From: a virus
Lineage: Duplodnaviria > Caudoviricetes
DNA length: 64,000 nucleotides
IMG/VR virus record: IMGVR_UViG_3300029305_001557
Coordinates: 1 to 64,000 of that record
Strand: one strand, 5' to 3'
Positions within the stretch are counted from its first letter, which is position 1, and each line of letters begins with the position of its first letter. Both the position numbers and the translations under genes were made by a program. Below the pieces are notes generated by a model. That model searched no databases. It was given only the letters and a program-made list of their open reading frames with translations, and was not told where the DNA came from. Of this stretch, positions 34,851-43,990 are shown in pieces.

Positions 34851-35138
34851 TTACACTACCTCCTCGTTGTAAAGGGTTTCATAAAGCTCGGCAAGACCTA
34901 CCATAGTAGTAAGATTTGTTTCCTCTAACTGAGCATTTTTCTCTTCAAGTCGAGTCATATACTCAGAATGAGTTAAAACTTCTTCATCATACTGCCAACA
35001 ATGCTTGCCGGGCATTTCTTCGGTATCAGGTTCGTCAATACGGACGATATTAGTCCTGATATAAGCGTGAAACTCGTCTCTCTCGAAAGGGAGAACAGTC
35101 TCGGCGGTGCTTTCAACACCTTTAATTAAGTCTGCCAT
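34851..35138 (-). CDS. XkdW-like tail-fibre assembly/chaperone protein
   Basis: YIRTNI...WQYDE...AQLEETNLTTMVGLAELYE; AAGGAGG RBS; typical position before xkdX. Confidence 0.65.
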   Translation of the reverse strand: MADLIKGVESTAETVLPFERDEFHAYIRTNIVRIDEPDTEEMPGKHCWQYDEEVLTHSEYMTRLEEKNAQLEETNLTTMVGLAELYETLYNEEVV

Positions 35139-36180
35139 TGAGAATAACCTCCTTATAAAATTTCTCAGCATACGGTTCTAAAGGAACAATATACTTTTGA
35201 GACAACCTATAGCTATCACAGTACATAAGCCAACCTTTATAAGAGTTTATAGAACACCACTGACTAAAGGTCATCTGACCCTTCGTCTCAATAGTCTTCC
35301 ATATTTCACGCACTCTTCGTTTCAGGTTCATAGCAGTGGACTTTCTGAGCAGAACATAGTCAGGGAAGATACGATAGCCTAAGAAATCAATTCCTCTATC
35401 TTTTACAGGGAAGACTTGATAATTCTGCTTCATCTTTAAGCCCTGAGTCGTTAAGTACTCTTCAATATCCTTCCGCAACTGATGTAGCTCTTCTTTGGTC
35501 TTTGCGAGAATAACCACATCGTCCATATATCTGTAATAGTGTTTCAATTTCTTCTTCTCTTTGCACCAATGGTCAAAATCAGAGAGGAAGAAGTTACCAC
35601 TCCACTGAGACATATAGTTTCCAATAGGAACACCTATATCTTCATCAGTACTGTCTACTATTTCATCTATCAACCACAATAAGTCAGCGTCCTTAAACAG
35701 CTTTCTATATTTCTCTTTCAAGAGGTCGTGCCTGATACTCGGATAATACTTAGTAATATCCATTTTGAAACAGTACTTAGTCCCTTCAGGGTCTTCTCGT
35801 ATAGCTCGTTTTATTCTCTTCAGAGCTAAATGAACGCCACGCTTAGGGATTGCGGAGTAAGTATCCGTGATAATAGTATTGATTAAGTAAGGTTCAATGA
35901 CCTGCAATAAAGCCCATTGAGCAATTCTGTCAGGAAAGTAAGGAAGTTTGAATATCTCCCTCTCCTTCTTGTAGTCTTTCTTTATAAAAGACTCATACTC
36001 AGAGGTATTATAGGTCTTGTTAATCAATAGCTCCTGTAACTTTTCAATGTACACCTGTAAATTTGCGTCTATCTGTACGACTTCTTTATACCACCCTTTA
36101 CCTTTTCGGGCATTTTTGTGGGCGGCTTCTAAGTTGCCTGTTTCGTAGATTTTAGGGTACAAATAACCGACTCTTTTCAA
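35122..36180 (-). CDS. DGR reverse transcriptase
   Basis: KREI...PDRIAQWA, KMDITKYYPSI, GVPIGNYMSQ (SQ motif of DGR RTs), YRYMDD; no maturase or endonuclease domain. Confidence 0.95.
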   Translation of the reverse strand: MKRVGYLYPKIYETGNLEAAHKNARKGKGWYKEVVQIDANLQVYIEKLQELLINKTYNTSEYESFIKKDYKKEREIFKLPYFPDRIAQWALLQVIEPYLINTIITDTYSAIPKRGVHLALKRIKRAIREDPEGTKYCFKMDITKYYPSIRHDLLKEKYRKLFKDADLLWLIDEIVDSTDEDIGVPIGNYMSQWSGNFFLSDFDHWCKEKKKLKHYYRYMDDVVILAKTKEELHQLRKDIEEYLTTQGLKMKQNYQVFPVKDRGIDFLGYRIFPDYVLLRKSTAMNLKRRVREIWKTIETKGQMTFSQWCSINSYKGWLMYCDSYRLSQKYIVPLEPYAEKFYKEVILNGRLN

Positions 36181-36409
36181 GGAGTCACAGCCTTTCTAAG
36201 CTGTTTGTGCTTTAGCAGAGCGTTCAATGAGCATTACCTCCTTACTAACACCACTTGCGTTTTCTATGTTTTGCCACCTTATAGGAAGCGTCCTGAGTAT
36301 GTCGGACACATTCAGGCGAATAATGAGCTTCCTATAAGGCTCTGAGGGGCAGGGTAACAAAGTGTACTTAACGGTGGTTTGGTATTTAACCTTACTATGA
36401 ATACTAATT

Positions 36410-36535
36410 GCACAAATAGTAAGTACCCGCTGATATTCCGATTACGATTACTCGAAGTATTATTCACATTACGAGAACACAATCCAACATTCGTACCATT
36501 ATTCCAATTACAATTACGATTTGACACATACCAAC
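36410..36535 (-). other. DGR template repeat (TR), 126 bp
   Basis: Ungapped match to 36624-36749 with 18 mismatches, all at TR adenines; 12 AAT codons. Confidence 0.97.
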
Positions 36536-36588
36536 AGCTTGTTACCCATAGAGATTTCACAATAGCTCTCTACAAACTATAATGCTTT

Positions 36589-38748
36589 TTACTCGCCCGT
36601 AACAGGAGTACCTTTAGGTTCAGGCACAAACAGTAAGAACCCGCCGAAATACCGATTACGATTACCCGAAGCATAAGCCACATTACGAGAACACAATCCA
36701 ACAGTCGCACCATAATACCAATAACAACTACGATCAGACACATACCAACCGTTATAGGTGTAGTTCTGATAGAAGTAGTCGTGGATAGGATAGCTTGAAG
36801 AACCTGTGGTCTTTGTTGCTAAGAAGCCCCAGTCAAAGTCTTCACTGTAGCCTACTCTGTTTACATAGCCATTTGCTTTTGCAAGAGAGAAGCCCGTAGA
36901 CTTGTAACCGTCAGCGTCTTTAGTGTTATCAGTGTAGATACCCGTATGAGAGAAGTAAGCGTCATTCTTACCCTTAGCTTCAATATTGAGACCTTCTTCC
37001 CAATACGAACCATTGCCCCAATTATTCTCTTCACCTCTGTAGGTAACAGAACGCTTACCTGCTGTACCTTCTGCTTCACCTGTAGCGTTACCTAAAGCAG
37101 AAGTGTCACCGTTCTTGTAAGCCATATTGGTAGCTCCGTCATCGGTTAAAGTAGATACACCCCTGCCGACTTTGTTATAAGCGTCAAGAGAGCAGTACTC
37201 AATCAAGAATAAATATGCAGTACACATATTTGCGGAAAGGTCTTTCTGTTGCCAACCAAAACCTTCCTTAAAACGAGACTGAGAAGTCTCAGGGTCAATG
37301 TTTCTGTTATTAGCAAGAACCGTTACATTCTTACGAGTGAGGTTCTGAGTAAGACCACTTGCAGGTTTAACTCCGGCAATCGAGCAAAGCAAGTCACCTG
37401 TACCTGCTGTGAAAGACGCTACCTGAGCATCATTCTCAATATAACCACCTGTACCTACCTGTGTCTTGTCGATGTCGCAAGTAACACCTGTGTTGTCGGT
37501 ATCGACAAACTCAACAGTATTTCTTGCACCCGAATTTTTACAAGTAAAGATTACTTCTGCTCCTGTACCTGCAACAAGCCACGAGTCAAAAGTTGTAGCT
37601 CTAATTCTCGAAGCAACCGCTTCAGGTGTGCTGTCAGAAGCTTCAAGAGCAATCTTTTTAGACTCACCGTACTTGTCAAGGACAATAGTGATATTACCTG
37701 CTGTGGTAACACCCTGAGTCACTGTTAAAGTGTTCTTCTCGACTACAACAGGGGAAACATCGAAGATACTTCCTCTGAAAGCAGGAAGATACGCTACATC
37801 AGCGTCAACAAGGGGAATACCTCTTTGGAACAGAGGATAAAGCTTAAAGCCTGTTCTCGGGGTGAGGGACACATAGTATCTTGCTTTAACAAGAGACCAA
37901 CCACTCTGATTGTTCTGCTTCTCCATTTTAACAGGAACGGTCTTATACCAAAACTTAGGCTGTTCGACCATAACCTGTACTTTAGTACCCGCAGGGTAAG
38001 TAACTCCGTCTTTAACAACAGAGTCAGCAAGGACACCTGTTTCAGAATAACCTGCGTCACCGTAGTAAGCAACTACAACACCTTCATCTGTGATGTTACA
38101 GCGTCTTCTGCCACCCCACGGAGCAAGAGCGTCAAAATCTGCACCCTGAGATAAACCAATGTTAGCACCGAGTCTTGTGTACTTTCTGTTCTCGTAGTCG
38201 ATTTCAACACCGTACACTTGCTCATCGTTGTAGCCCACAAAATCACAAAGCTCTTGGAAGTCTTCCAAGTGTTCATTAAAGGTTGCTACAGAAACAAGTC
38301 CCGCAGGGTCAACCGTGATATTAAGCTGAGTCAACGCACTGTGAATAAGGTAAAACATATAGTTCATTGTAACAGGAGTTACCGCAGGTAACGGCATAAT
38401 ATCTGCCGTGCCTTCATCACACTGAGCAATCATATAGAGGATTTCACCCATATCAGGGTGAGAAGCATAAACACCAATCTGATTGATGTTATAAGAAGCA
38501 GACAGGTTTGTATTAGTTACCTGCAATTCAAGGTTACTACCTGTACTCATTGTGGTAACTTTCGTCACCGACATTGTCTGCTTAATGGAACTTACCGCAG
38601 TCTGTGTAAAAAGATTTGCGGCGGCAACACGACCACTACCTGTTACAACTTTAGTAATGGTAAGCTGACCCACACCTGCCTGAACTTTAGATAAAAGCTC
38701 TTGACCTTTCTGAGTCAACATAATGTTGTTTGAAGACCAAACTGCCAT
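36589..38748 (-). CDS. Tail fibre / receptor-binding protein, DGR target (C-terminal C-type-lectin/Mtd-like fold)
   Basis: N-terminal baseplate-attachment region (MLTQKGQELL...ITKVVTGSG); YRGEENNWGN; VR at the C-terminus. Confidence 0.9.
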   Translation of the reverse strand: MAVWSSNNIMLTQKGQELLSKVQAGVGQLTITKVVTGSGRVAAANLFTQTAVSSIKQTMSVTKVTTMSTGSNLELQVTNTNLSASYNINQIGVYASHPDMGEILYMIAQCDEGTADIMPLPAVTPVTMNYMFYLIHSALTQLNITVDPAGLVSVATFNEHLEDFQELCDFVGYNDEQVYGVEIDYENRKYTRLGANIGLSQGADFDALAPWGGRRRCNITDEGVVVAYYGDAGYSETGVLADSVVKDGVTYPAGTKVQVMVEQPKFWYKTVPVKMEKQNNQSGWSLVKARYYVSLTPRTGFKLYPLFQRGIPLVDADVAYLPAFRGSIFDVSPVVVEKNTLTVTQGVTTAGNITIVLDKYGESKKIALEASDSTPEAVASRIRATTFDSWLVAGTGAEVIFTCKNSGARNTVEFVDTDNTGVTCDIDKTQVGTGGYIENDAQVASFTAGTGDLLCSIAGVKPASGLTQNLTRKNVTVLANNRNIDPETSQSRFKEGFGWQQKDLSANMCTAYLFLIEYCSLDAYNKVGRGVSTLTDDGATNMAYKNGDTSALGNATGEAEGTAGKRSVTYRGEENNWGNGSYWEEGLNIEAKGKNDAYFSHTGIYTDNTKDADGYKSTGFSLAKANGYVNRVGYSEDFDWGFLATKTTGSSSYPIHDYFYQNYTYNGWYVSDRSCYWYYGATVGLCSRNVAYASGNRNRYFGGFLLFVPEPKGTPVTGE
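36624..36749 (-). other. DGR variable repeat (VR) at the 3' end of the tail-fibre gene
   Basis: Encodes WYVSDRSCYWYYGATVGLCSRNVAYASGNRNRYFGGFLLFV, versus TR WYVSNRNCNWNNGTNVGLCSRNVNNTSSNRNRNISGYLLFV. Confidence 0.97.
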
Positions 38749-38763
38749 TTTGAGATTACCTCC

Positions 38764-39474
38764 TTAAATTATATTTGGAGTAAGTATTTGATGTTGAGCC
38801 ATACAAACACATACACCGACATTTGATACTGCTGAGAAAGAGTATTCTTTTTCTCTTTCAAAGGGATAGACCTGAGTGGTCATCTGAGAGCTTACAACGC
38901 AACCCTTATAGTCATTGGCACTAAGTACAGAAGTACTAATAAGAGCCGAAACTGAAGGAGTGATGTAAAAGGGTAACTGAGACTGAATAAACTGCTCAAT
39001 AACCTTAGCACTCGGGGTAACAGAGATAGCTTCCTCAATAGAGTTTACAAGAAATGCTACATTAAGAAATCTACCTATACACCCTCCCTCTTCATTATAC
39101 CGCCTTTCGTAAGATAAATCAACTTCAAAACCTGTTAAAGTCGATACGAGGTATCTAATGGCGGTTTTAGTACCTCTTCTCTTCATCAAAGCCCCGAGAT
39201 TGCTTAAAAACTTGCGGTGATACTCAACAGGAATATCCTGATAGTAAGCAAGACCGAAGCTTTCATAAAGATACGGAAAGAACTCCGCAGGGCATTTCTC
39301 AGGGTCTATCAAAGTTAGAAAGTTATTGCTGTCCTCAATGACTTGCTCAAAACCTCCTGCACAGAGACATTCAAGGTATCTGTACAAAGGGCTTCCTAAC
39401 TTTGAGTCTTCTTCTCTATAAACGGCAGGAAGCTTGTTATAAAGATAGCCGACATAACTGCGTTTATCAATCAT
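38764..39474 (-). CDS. Baseplate/tail protein (P2 gpI-like)
   Basis: LIDPEKCP..FFPYL...RRGTK; position after baseplate J. Confidence 0.75.
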   Translation of the reverse strand: MIDKRSYVGYLYNKLPAVYREEDSKLGSPLYRYLECLCAGGFEQVIEDSNNFLTLIDPEKCPAEFFPYLYESFGLAYYQDIPVEYHRKFLSNLGALMKRRGTKTAIRYLVSTLTGFEVDLSYERRYNEEGGCIGRFLNVAFLVNSIEEAISVTPSAKVIEQFIQSQLPFYITPSVSALISTSVLSANDYKGCVVSSQMTTQVYPFEREKEYSFSAVSNVGVCVCMAQHQILTPNII

Positions 39475-39491
39475 TGAAGACTACCTCCTTA

Positions 39492-40994
39492 TTAGTCTGC
39501 TATGCCACCTGTCATTTCAAAATTAAGATTGCCGAGAGTAAGTATTTGACTAACAGCAGGGCTGATTATCATATCTCCTTCCTGAGAAATACTACTCGTA
39601 ATTGACATTCGTATTGATTTAACTCCGTCACAGTTTTCTTTCACCATTGTTTCGAGGTCTGTGATAGAACACTCTTTACCGAAGTCATAGTCACCAATTT
39701 CAAAATAACTTGTGAACATTGCCGTAATTTCATCTCTAATGCTCCCTTGGGTATAACGGTCTTTCACTATGATAGACATACTTAAATCCAAAGGAACAAA
39801 TGTTGAGCTATTTGCAGGTATAAGATTGACCTGAGTTCCCACTAACTCTCTGTCTTCATACATCTGCATAATCTCTTCCCTAAGACTGTCAGAAAGCTCC
39901 GCATTATTTTGAAGCAGGATATACACATTAACAGTGTCTACCAAAGCTTCGCTTTTCTGTGAGCTTGATAAAGCTATTTGAGGGAAGAGTTCCTTAACTC
40001 TATCTGCATAATCTTCCTCAGTGAGACAAGCCCACTTCGTTCTGTAGGAGTTCGGAGCGTTAGTCTTTATCTCAGCTAAGGTCTCTTTATCATACCCTAA
40101 GTCAAAAGGCACATCAGGGTTAAATGTAGAGTCCACTTTAGACACATTTGTATCTAACTGAGTGATTTTATTTGCTCCAACATTTCCTTGTGAACCACCG
40201 CCTATGCGGTAAGTAGAAATAATGCCGTTAGAGAAAGCAGTAGGTATCTTGCCTGTGATGTTATTGCCAAAGATGATAACAGCTTCATCATTGTCAGTCA
40301 TCTCAACCTTGTAGTGCTTATCTGTCGGGGTACTATCAAGGAAGGACTCAACTCTCACCCACGGCTCAAATCCTGCTCCCTCGTTTACAAGTACGGCAAT
40401 ACTTGACGAGATAACAGGAGTGTAACCTAAAGTAAAGCGTTGGTCTTCAGTGCCGTTACTGCTTCCTACAATCTCACTTTGAATAGTAAGACCCTGAACT
40501 GCGGTAACAGCATACAGATAATTTCCCTGCTCATCTCTCTCATCTCCTAACTTCCCGGCAGGAATTTCGAGGTCATCTTCTGTTTCAAACATTACAGAAT
40601 ACTCCGTAGCACTTTCAACAGTTTTTACTCTTGTTCCCGCAGGAATGTAAGTAGAAGAGGGCTGAGCAGAAGCAAGAACAAACACCTGTTTAACTTTAGA
40701 GGGGATAGAGCTTCGGGGTATGTAGTCAAGTACATAACACCACTTCAAGGCATTAGCTCTTTGTTCCTCTGTAATTAAAAAGGCTTCATTGGCTTGCACA
40801 TCTTGATGAAAGCTAAGAATATCAAGACCCTTTGCTAACAGTTCAAGAATAACAATACCTGCGTCTGTCTGACTTCTATCTGTATATTCAGGCATTTTGA
40901 TACCTAACTGCTCAATCATATAGGCTCTAAAGGCTTCATAGTCCTTATTCGTATAGTCAATATTCGGAGTTGGAGTTATTGACATTCGCTTCAC
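39492..40994 (-). CDS. Baseplate J-like wedge protein
   Basis: IDYTNKDYE...DAGIVILEL...YRIGGGSQGNV...LTEEDY. Confidence 0.88.
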   Translation of the reverse strand: MKRMSITPTPNIDYTNKDYEAFRAYMIEQLGIKMPEYTDRSQTDAGIVILELLAKGLDILSFHQDVQANEAFLITEEQRANALKWCYVLDYIPRSSIPSKVKQVFVLASAQPSSTYIPAGTRVKTVESATEYSVMFETEDDLEIPAGKLGDERDEQGNYLYAVTAVQGLTIQSEIVGSSNGTEDQRFTLGYTPVISSSIAVLVNEGAGFEPWVRVESFLDSTPTDKHYKVEMTDNDEAVIIFGNNITGKIPTAFSNGIISTYRIGGGSQGNVGANKITQLDTNVSKVDSTFNPDVPFDLGYDKETLAEIKTNAPNSYRTKWACLTEEDYADRVKELFPQIALSSSQKSEALVDTVNVYILLQNNAELSDSLREEIMQMYEDRELVGTQVNLIPANSSTFVPLDLSMSIIVKDRYTQGSIRDEITAMFTSYFEIGDYDFGKECSITDLETMVKENCDGVKSIRMSITSSISQEGDMIISPAVSQILTLGNLNFEMTGGIAD

Positions 40995-41370
40995 CTACTT
41001 TCAGTTTACTTGTATATTCAGCATCGTAAGGAAGAGCCTTGAAACGAACTGTAGCATAGACAGCATTATTAGAGGAAGACACCTCTACATCTAATACTTC
41101 TATTCTCGGTTCTAATCTCGTCAAAGCGTCCTTTATTTGATACTGTAACAGAGTATGCGTGCTTATATCATTTGGCTCAAATATGTCCGTATCTACTTCA
41201 GAGTAAATGTGATACTCCATAGTACGCTCATATTGGAAAGTCCTCAGAATTTGCTTCATACTCTCTATAATATGGGGAACTTCTCTTGTGCTTGTTGTGG
41301 AGGTGACAACACCACCTTTCACACCTATGCGAAAAGGGAAGCTTATCCCTGTATAACCTTGTTCAGCCAT
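40957..41370 (-). CDS. gp25/gpW-like baseplate protein
   Basis: GISFPF...QIL.T...ER...LTRLEPRI. Confidence 0.85.
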   Translation of the reverse strand: MAEQGYTGISFPFRIGVKGGVVTSTTSTREVPHIIESMKQILRTFQYERTMEYHIYSEVDTDIFEPNDISTHTLLQYQIKDALTRLEPRIEVLDVEVSSSNNAVYATVRFKALPYDAEYTSKLKVGEANVNNSNSEY

Positions 41371-41382
41371 ACATATACCTCC

Positions 41383-41676
41383 TTAGTTTGCATAAACATT
41401 AGGACTGCCTTGTGCTACACTTCCTCCACACGATACAGCGTCATTAACTCTTGCTATAGGAAGTCCATTTACAAACACAGTGGAACTACCGCCTGAAATT
41501 TGACTTGTATGGGGATTAGGGTTTAACCCTCCTTTATTATGAGACGGATATGTGTCTGACTTTCTCCCACAAGCAATACCGTTAATGAACACATTAGAGC
41601 TACCCTTATTCAAGGCAACGGCAGGGTAGTTTCCGTGTCCTGTATTTTTATCTCCCTTACGGGTAACAGCAGACAT
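41383..41676 (-). CDS. PAAR-like spike tip protein
   Basis: GSSNVFING...GSSTVFVNGLPIARVNDAVSCG. Confidence 0.9.
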   Translation of the reverse strand: MSAVTRKGDKNTGHGNYPAVALNKGSSNVFINGIACGRKSDTYPSHNKGGLNPNPHTSQISGGSSTVFVNGLPIARVNDAVSCGGSVAQGSPNVYAN

Positions 41677-41685
41677 AATAACACC

Positions 41686-42144
41686 TCAATTCAAGTCAAT
41701 TCTATTGGCAACAGCTTTTATACTGTCCTCAGTGATAGTTAGCTTACTGCTACCTACTGTGATTTCAATAGTAGCTTTTGCCCCTGTCTTTGTATCTTTG
41801 CCCCACATCTTTATCTTACACCCATTCCATTCAATATAGCGTGTGCCGACATTGTAGTTCTTATCAGGAGAACCGTCTTTACACCACCACCCTCCTGTAT
41901 AAATGGGCTTATTGACATCTCCGGCTTCAAATTCTACCCACACAGTCTCTCCGACTTTGGGGATAGCAAAATCTCCACCAAAATTATATGCAACAGGTAC
42001 GCAAGGCTCGCACCAATTACTAACAGCTTCGCCCAAAACTTTCGGGCATAAAACACGAATACGACCTCTCTTTTCGGGGTCATCTACTTTTTGGACTTTT
42101 GCTCTATACTTCCCAAAGTATTGTACTTTCGCCATAAATATCAC
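41686..42144 (-). CDS. Baseplate spike (gp5/gpV OB-fold)
   Basis: GKYRAKV...DP..RGRIRV...PKVGETVWVEFEAGD. Confidence 0.88.
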   Translation of the reverse strand: MIFMAKVQYFGKYRAKVQKVDDPEKRGRIRVLCPKVLGEAVSNWCEPCVPVAYNFGGDFAIPKVGETVWVEFEAGDVNKPIYTGGWWCKDGSPDKNYNVGTRYIEWNGCKIKMWGKDTKTGAKATIEITVGSSKLTITEDSIKAVANRIDLN

Positions 42145-42145
42145 C

Positions 42146-42853
42146 TTACACTTTCTTTAAGAATTTCACATAAGTCCACGACCAAATTTCTTTTAGTCTC
42201 ACTCTCTTTCCGTCACTACTTACTCCGTCAACGGTATGCACTTTTTGAGTAACCCATTTGGGAACCCATACTCCTTCAGAAGCATTAGAATACCAATACT
42301 TTTTAGGAGCAATAGTAAGAAACATAACTTTATCTCCCACTTTGAAAGAAGTAGAAGGAGCAGGAGTAGCTTCCGCAGGTCTTTGTGCCGCAGAGGAAGA
42401 AGTGGTATTTGTGTCAACAACGACACTTTTAAGAGTAGAACCAAAGCCTGTTTTAATTACTGTTAAAGTATGAGAATACCCCTGACTGTTATCTATTGTT
42501 CGCTTAACAGCAGAGATATAATACAGACCTGAGAGGTATTTACCTATACCCTCTATCTTAATCGTCTGACCCGCTTTTAAGGCTATAGTCTTCTTACTTG
42601 CTATTAAAACAAGCTCACCTTCTAAGGTGTTAAATTCTATCTCTATATACTCACTGTCGGCTTCTGCCTGACTGTTGACTTTAGAGGAAGAGTCTACAGT
42701 GACAGACCCTCCATTTTGGGTGGAGGTAGAAAGAGAAGTGTCACTATCAGAACCTGAATAAGCAACAGGCTCCCAAACACCTGTTTTGGGGTTGTACTTA
42801 TATTCTACTGCACGAGCATTACTTTGCCCTGCAACATAGGTATCATTTGGCAC
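42146..42853 (-). CDS. Baseplate hub C-terminal half (late-control-D-like) fused to an SH3-like domain
   Basis: LKAGQTIKIEGIGKYLSGLYYISAVKRTI...Y; C-terminal FKVGDKV...PKWV...SW domain; GTG start with AAGGAGG RBS. Confidence 0.65.
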   Translation of the reverse strand: MPNDTYVAGQSNARAVEYKYNPKTGVWEPVAYSGSDSDTSLSTSTQNGGSVTVDSSSKVNSQAEADSEYIEIEFNTLEGELVLIASKKTIALKAGQTIKIEGIGKYLSGLYYISAVKRTIDNSQGYSHTLTVIKTGFGSTLKSVVVDTNTTSSSAAQRPAEATPAPSTSFKVGDKVMFLTIAPKKYWYSNASEGVWVPKWVTQKVHTVDGVSSDGKRVRLKEIWSWTYVKFLKKV

Positions 42854-42867
42854 TTCTCATTCCTCCT

Positions 42868-43707
42868 TTATTTTAGTGCTACTGAAATCCACTGACCTTT
42901 CTTCGGGTCATACTTATAGCCCTTGCTTGGAGTGGAAGTGGTCTGAACAGGCTCACCCTGAACTTCTCGTGCCGTAGTAGAGTCACTTGCAGTTGCAGAG
43001 TCAGTAGCCTTAGTATCTGTGTTAATATCAGCTTTATCAATGGACTCTTGACGAGTTTCCTTATTGATTTTAGGGGTAAAGCTGATTACATCAAAATCTC
43101 CCTTTTTGTACGAAACAGTAGCTTTCGGCTCTTCAAGAATACCCTTCTTCACATAATAGATTGTGTCACCAATAAGCTTACATTTATATAAATCACGCTC
43201 TTCTCCTGCGAGGTTTTCTATAAATTCTATATCAGTAACACCACTTTGCGAAATAGTGTCTTCTTTTGTTGAATTGTACCCTGATTGTATTACACACTTA
43301 AATCCGTACTCTGCCGCAATCTTCTTAACAACATCAGCTCTCGTGACATTATCCCAAGAGCGAGTTTTCTTCTTTCTGTTCATTATGTGGGAGTTATCCA
43401 AACAGAACACAGAAAGCTGAGGATAACCATTCTCAGGAAAGGATATATCAACAGCAGAGATATACCCAAAAAATGTGTCTCTGTGTGTTTCACCCCACCA
43501 ACCGAACTCTACATATACAGTAGCTTCTTCGATGAAGATTGCGTCCTCAATGTACTTAAATTCGGGGTCACTTACAACTAAGGTACAAGTATTAGAACCG
43601 TCATCTAACTCATCGAGGGTAATACTTTCAATACATTCCCTTCGGTCTACACTGATAGGATTGCCGTTAATGTGAACATTGTAGTAACAACTTAATACAT
43701 CACTCAC
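42868..43707 (-). CDS. Baseplate hub N-terminal half (late-control-D-like)
   Basis: ESITLDE...V.FGWWG...G.ISAVDISFPE.G.PQL...QSG.TD.EFI. Confidence 0.75.
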   Translation of the reverse strand: MSDVLSCYYNVHINGNPISVDRRECIESITLDELDDGSNTCTLVVSDPEFKYIEDAIFIEEATVYVEFGWWGETHRDTFFGYISAVDISFPENGYPQLSVFCLDNSHIMNRKKKTRSWDNVTRADVVKKIAAEYGFKCVIQSGYNSTKEDTISQSGVTDIEFIENLAGEERDLYKCKLIGDTIYYVKKGILEEPKATVSYKKGDFDVISFTPKINKETRQESIDKADINTDTKATDSATASDSTTAREVQGEPVQTTSTPSKGYKYDPKKGQWISVALK

Positions 43708-43990
43708 TTACCCTCACCACCTCTTCAAAGGGTGGAATACAGAGTATATCACCCGCTTTTATTTCAAGCTCGGACTGATACTGCGGATTTGCGTCCATAA
43801 TAGCCCACCAAAGCTGAGTGTTATTGTAATGCTTATAGGCAATACCGTCAATGGTATCACCTTGCACTACAGTATAGTAAGTAGCTTTAGCTAAGTTAAA
43901 GTGATTTCTGCTTCGTATGCCAAACACTAAGGAGTCCCCTCTCGGGTACATAGGTGTTTTAATGTATCGAGAACCTTTATATACTGCCAT
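43700..43990 (-). CDS. LysM / tail-X-like protein
   Basis: YTVVQGDTIDGIAYKHY....LWWAI.DANP. Confidence 0.85.
   Translation of the reverse strand: MAVYKGSRYIKTPMYPRGDSLVFGIRSRNHFNLAKATYYTVVQGDTIDGIAYKHYNNTQLWWAIMDANPQYQSELEIKAGDILCIPPFEEVVRVSE

Noticed and set aside
35122-36180. Group II intron or retron RT
   Set aside because: The RT is short with no maturase or endonuclease domain, has the SQ motif, and sits next to an adenine-specific TR/VR pair, which identifies a DGR.
36312-36560. 82-aa Asn-rich ORF
   Set aside because: It is the DGR template repeat read in frame (AAT codons). It has no RBS and is expected to act as RNA.
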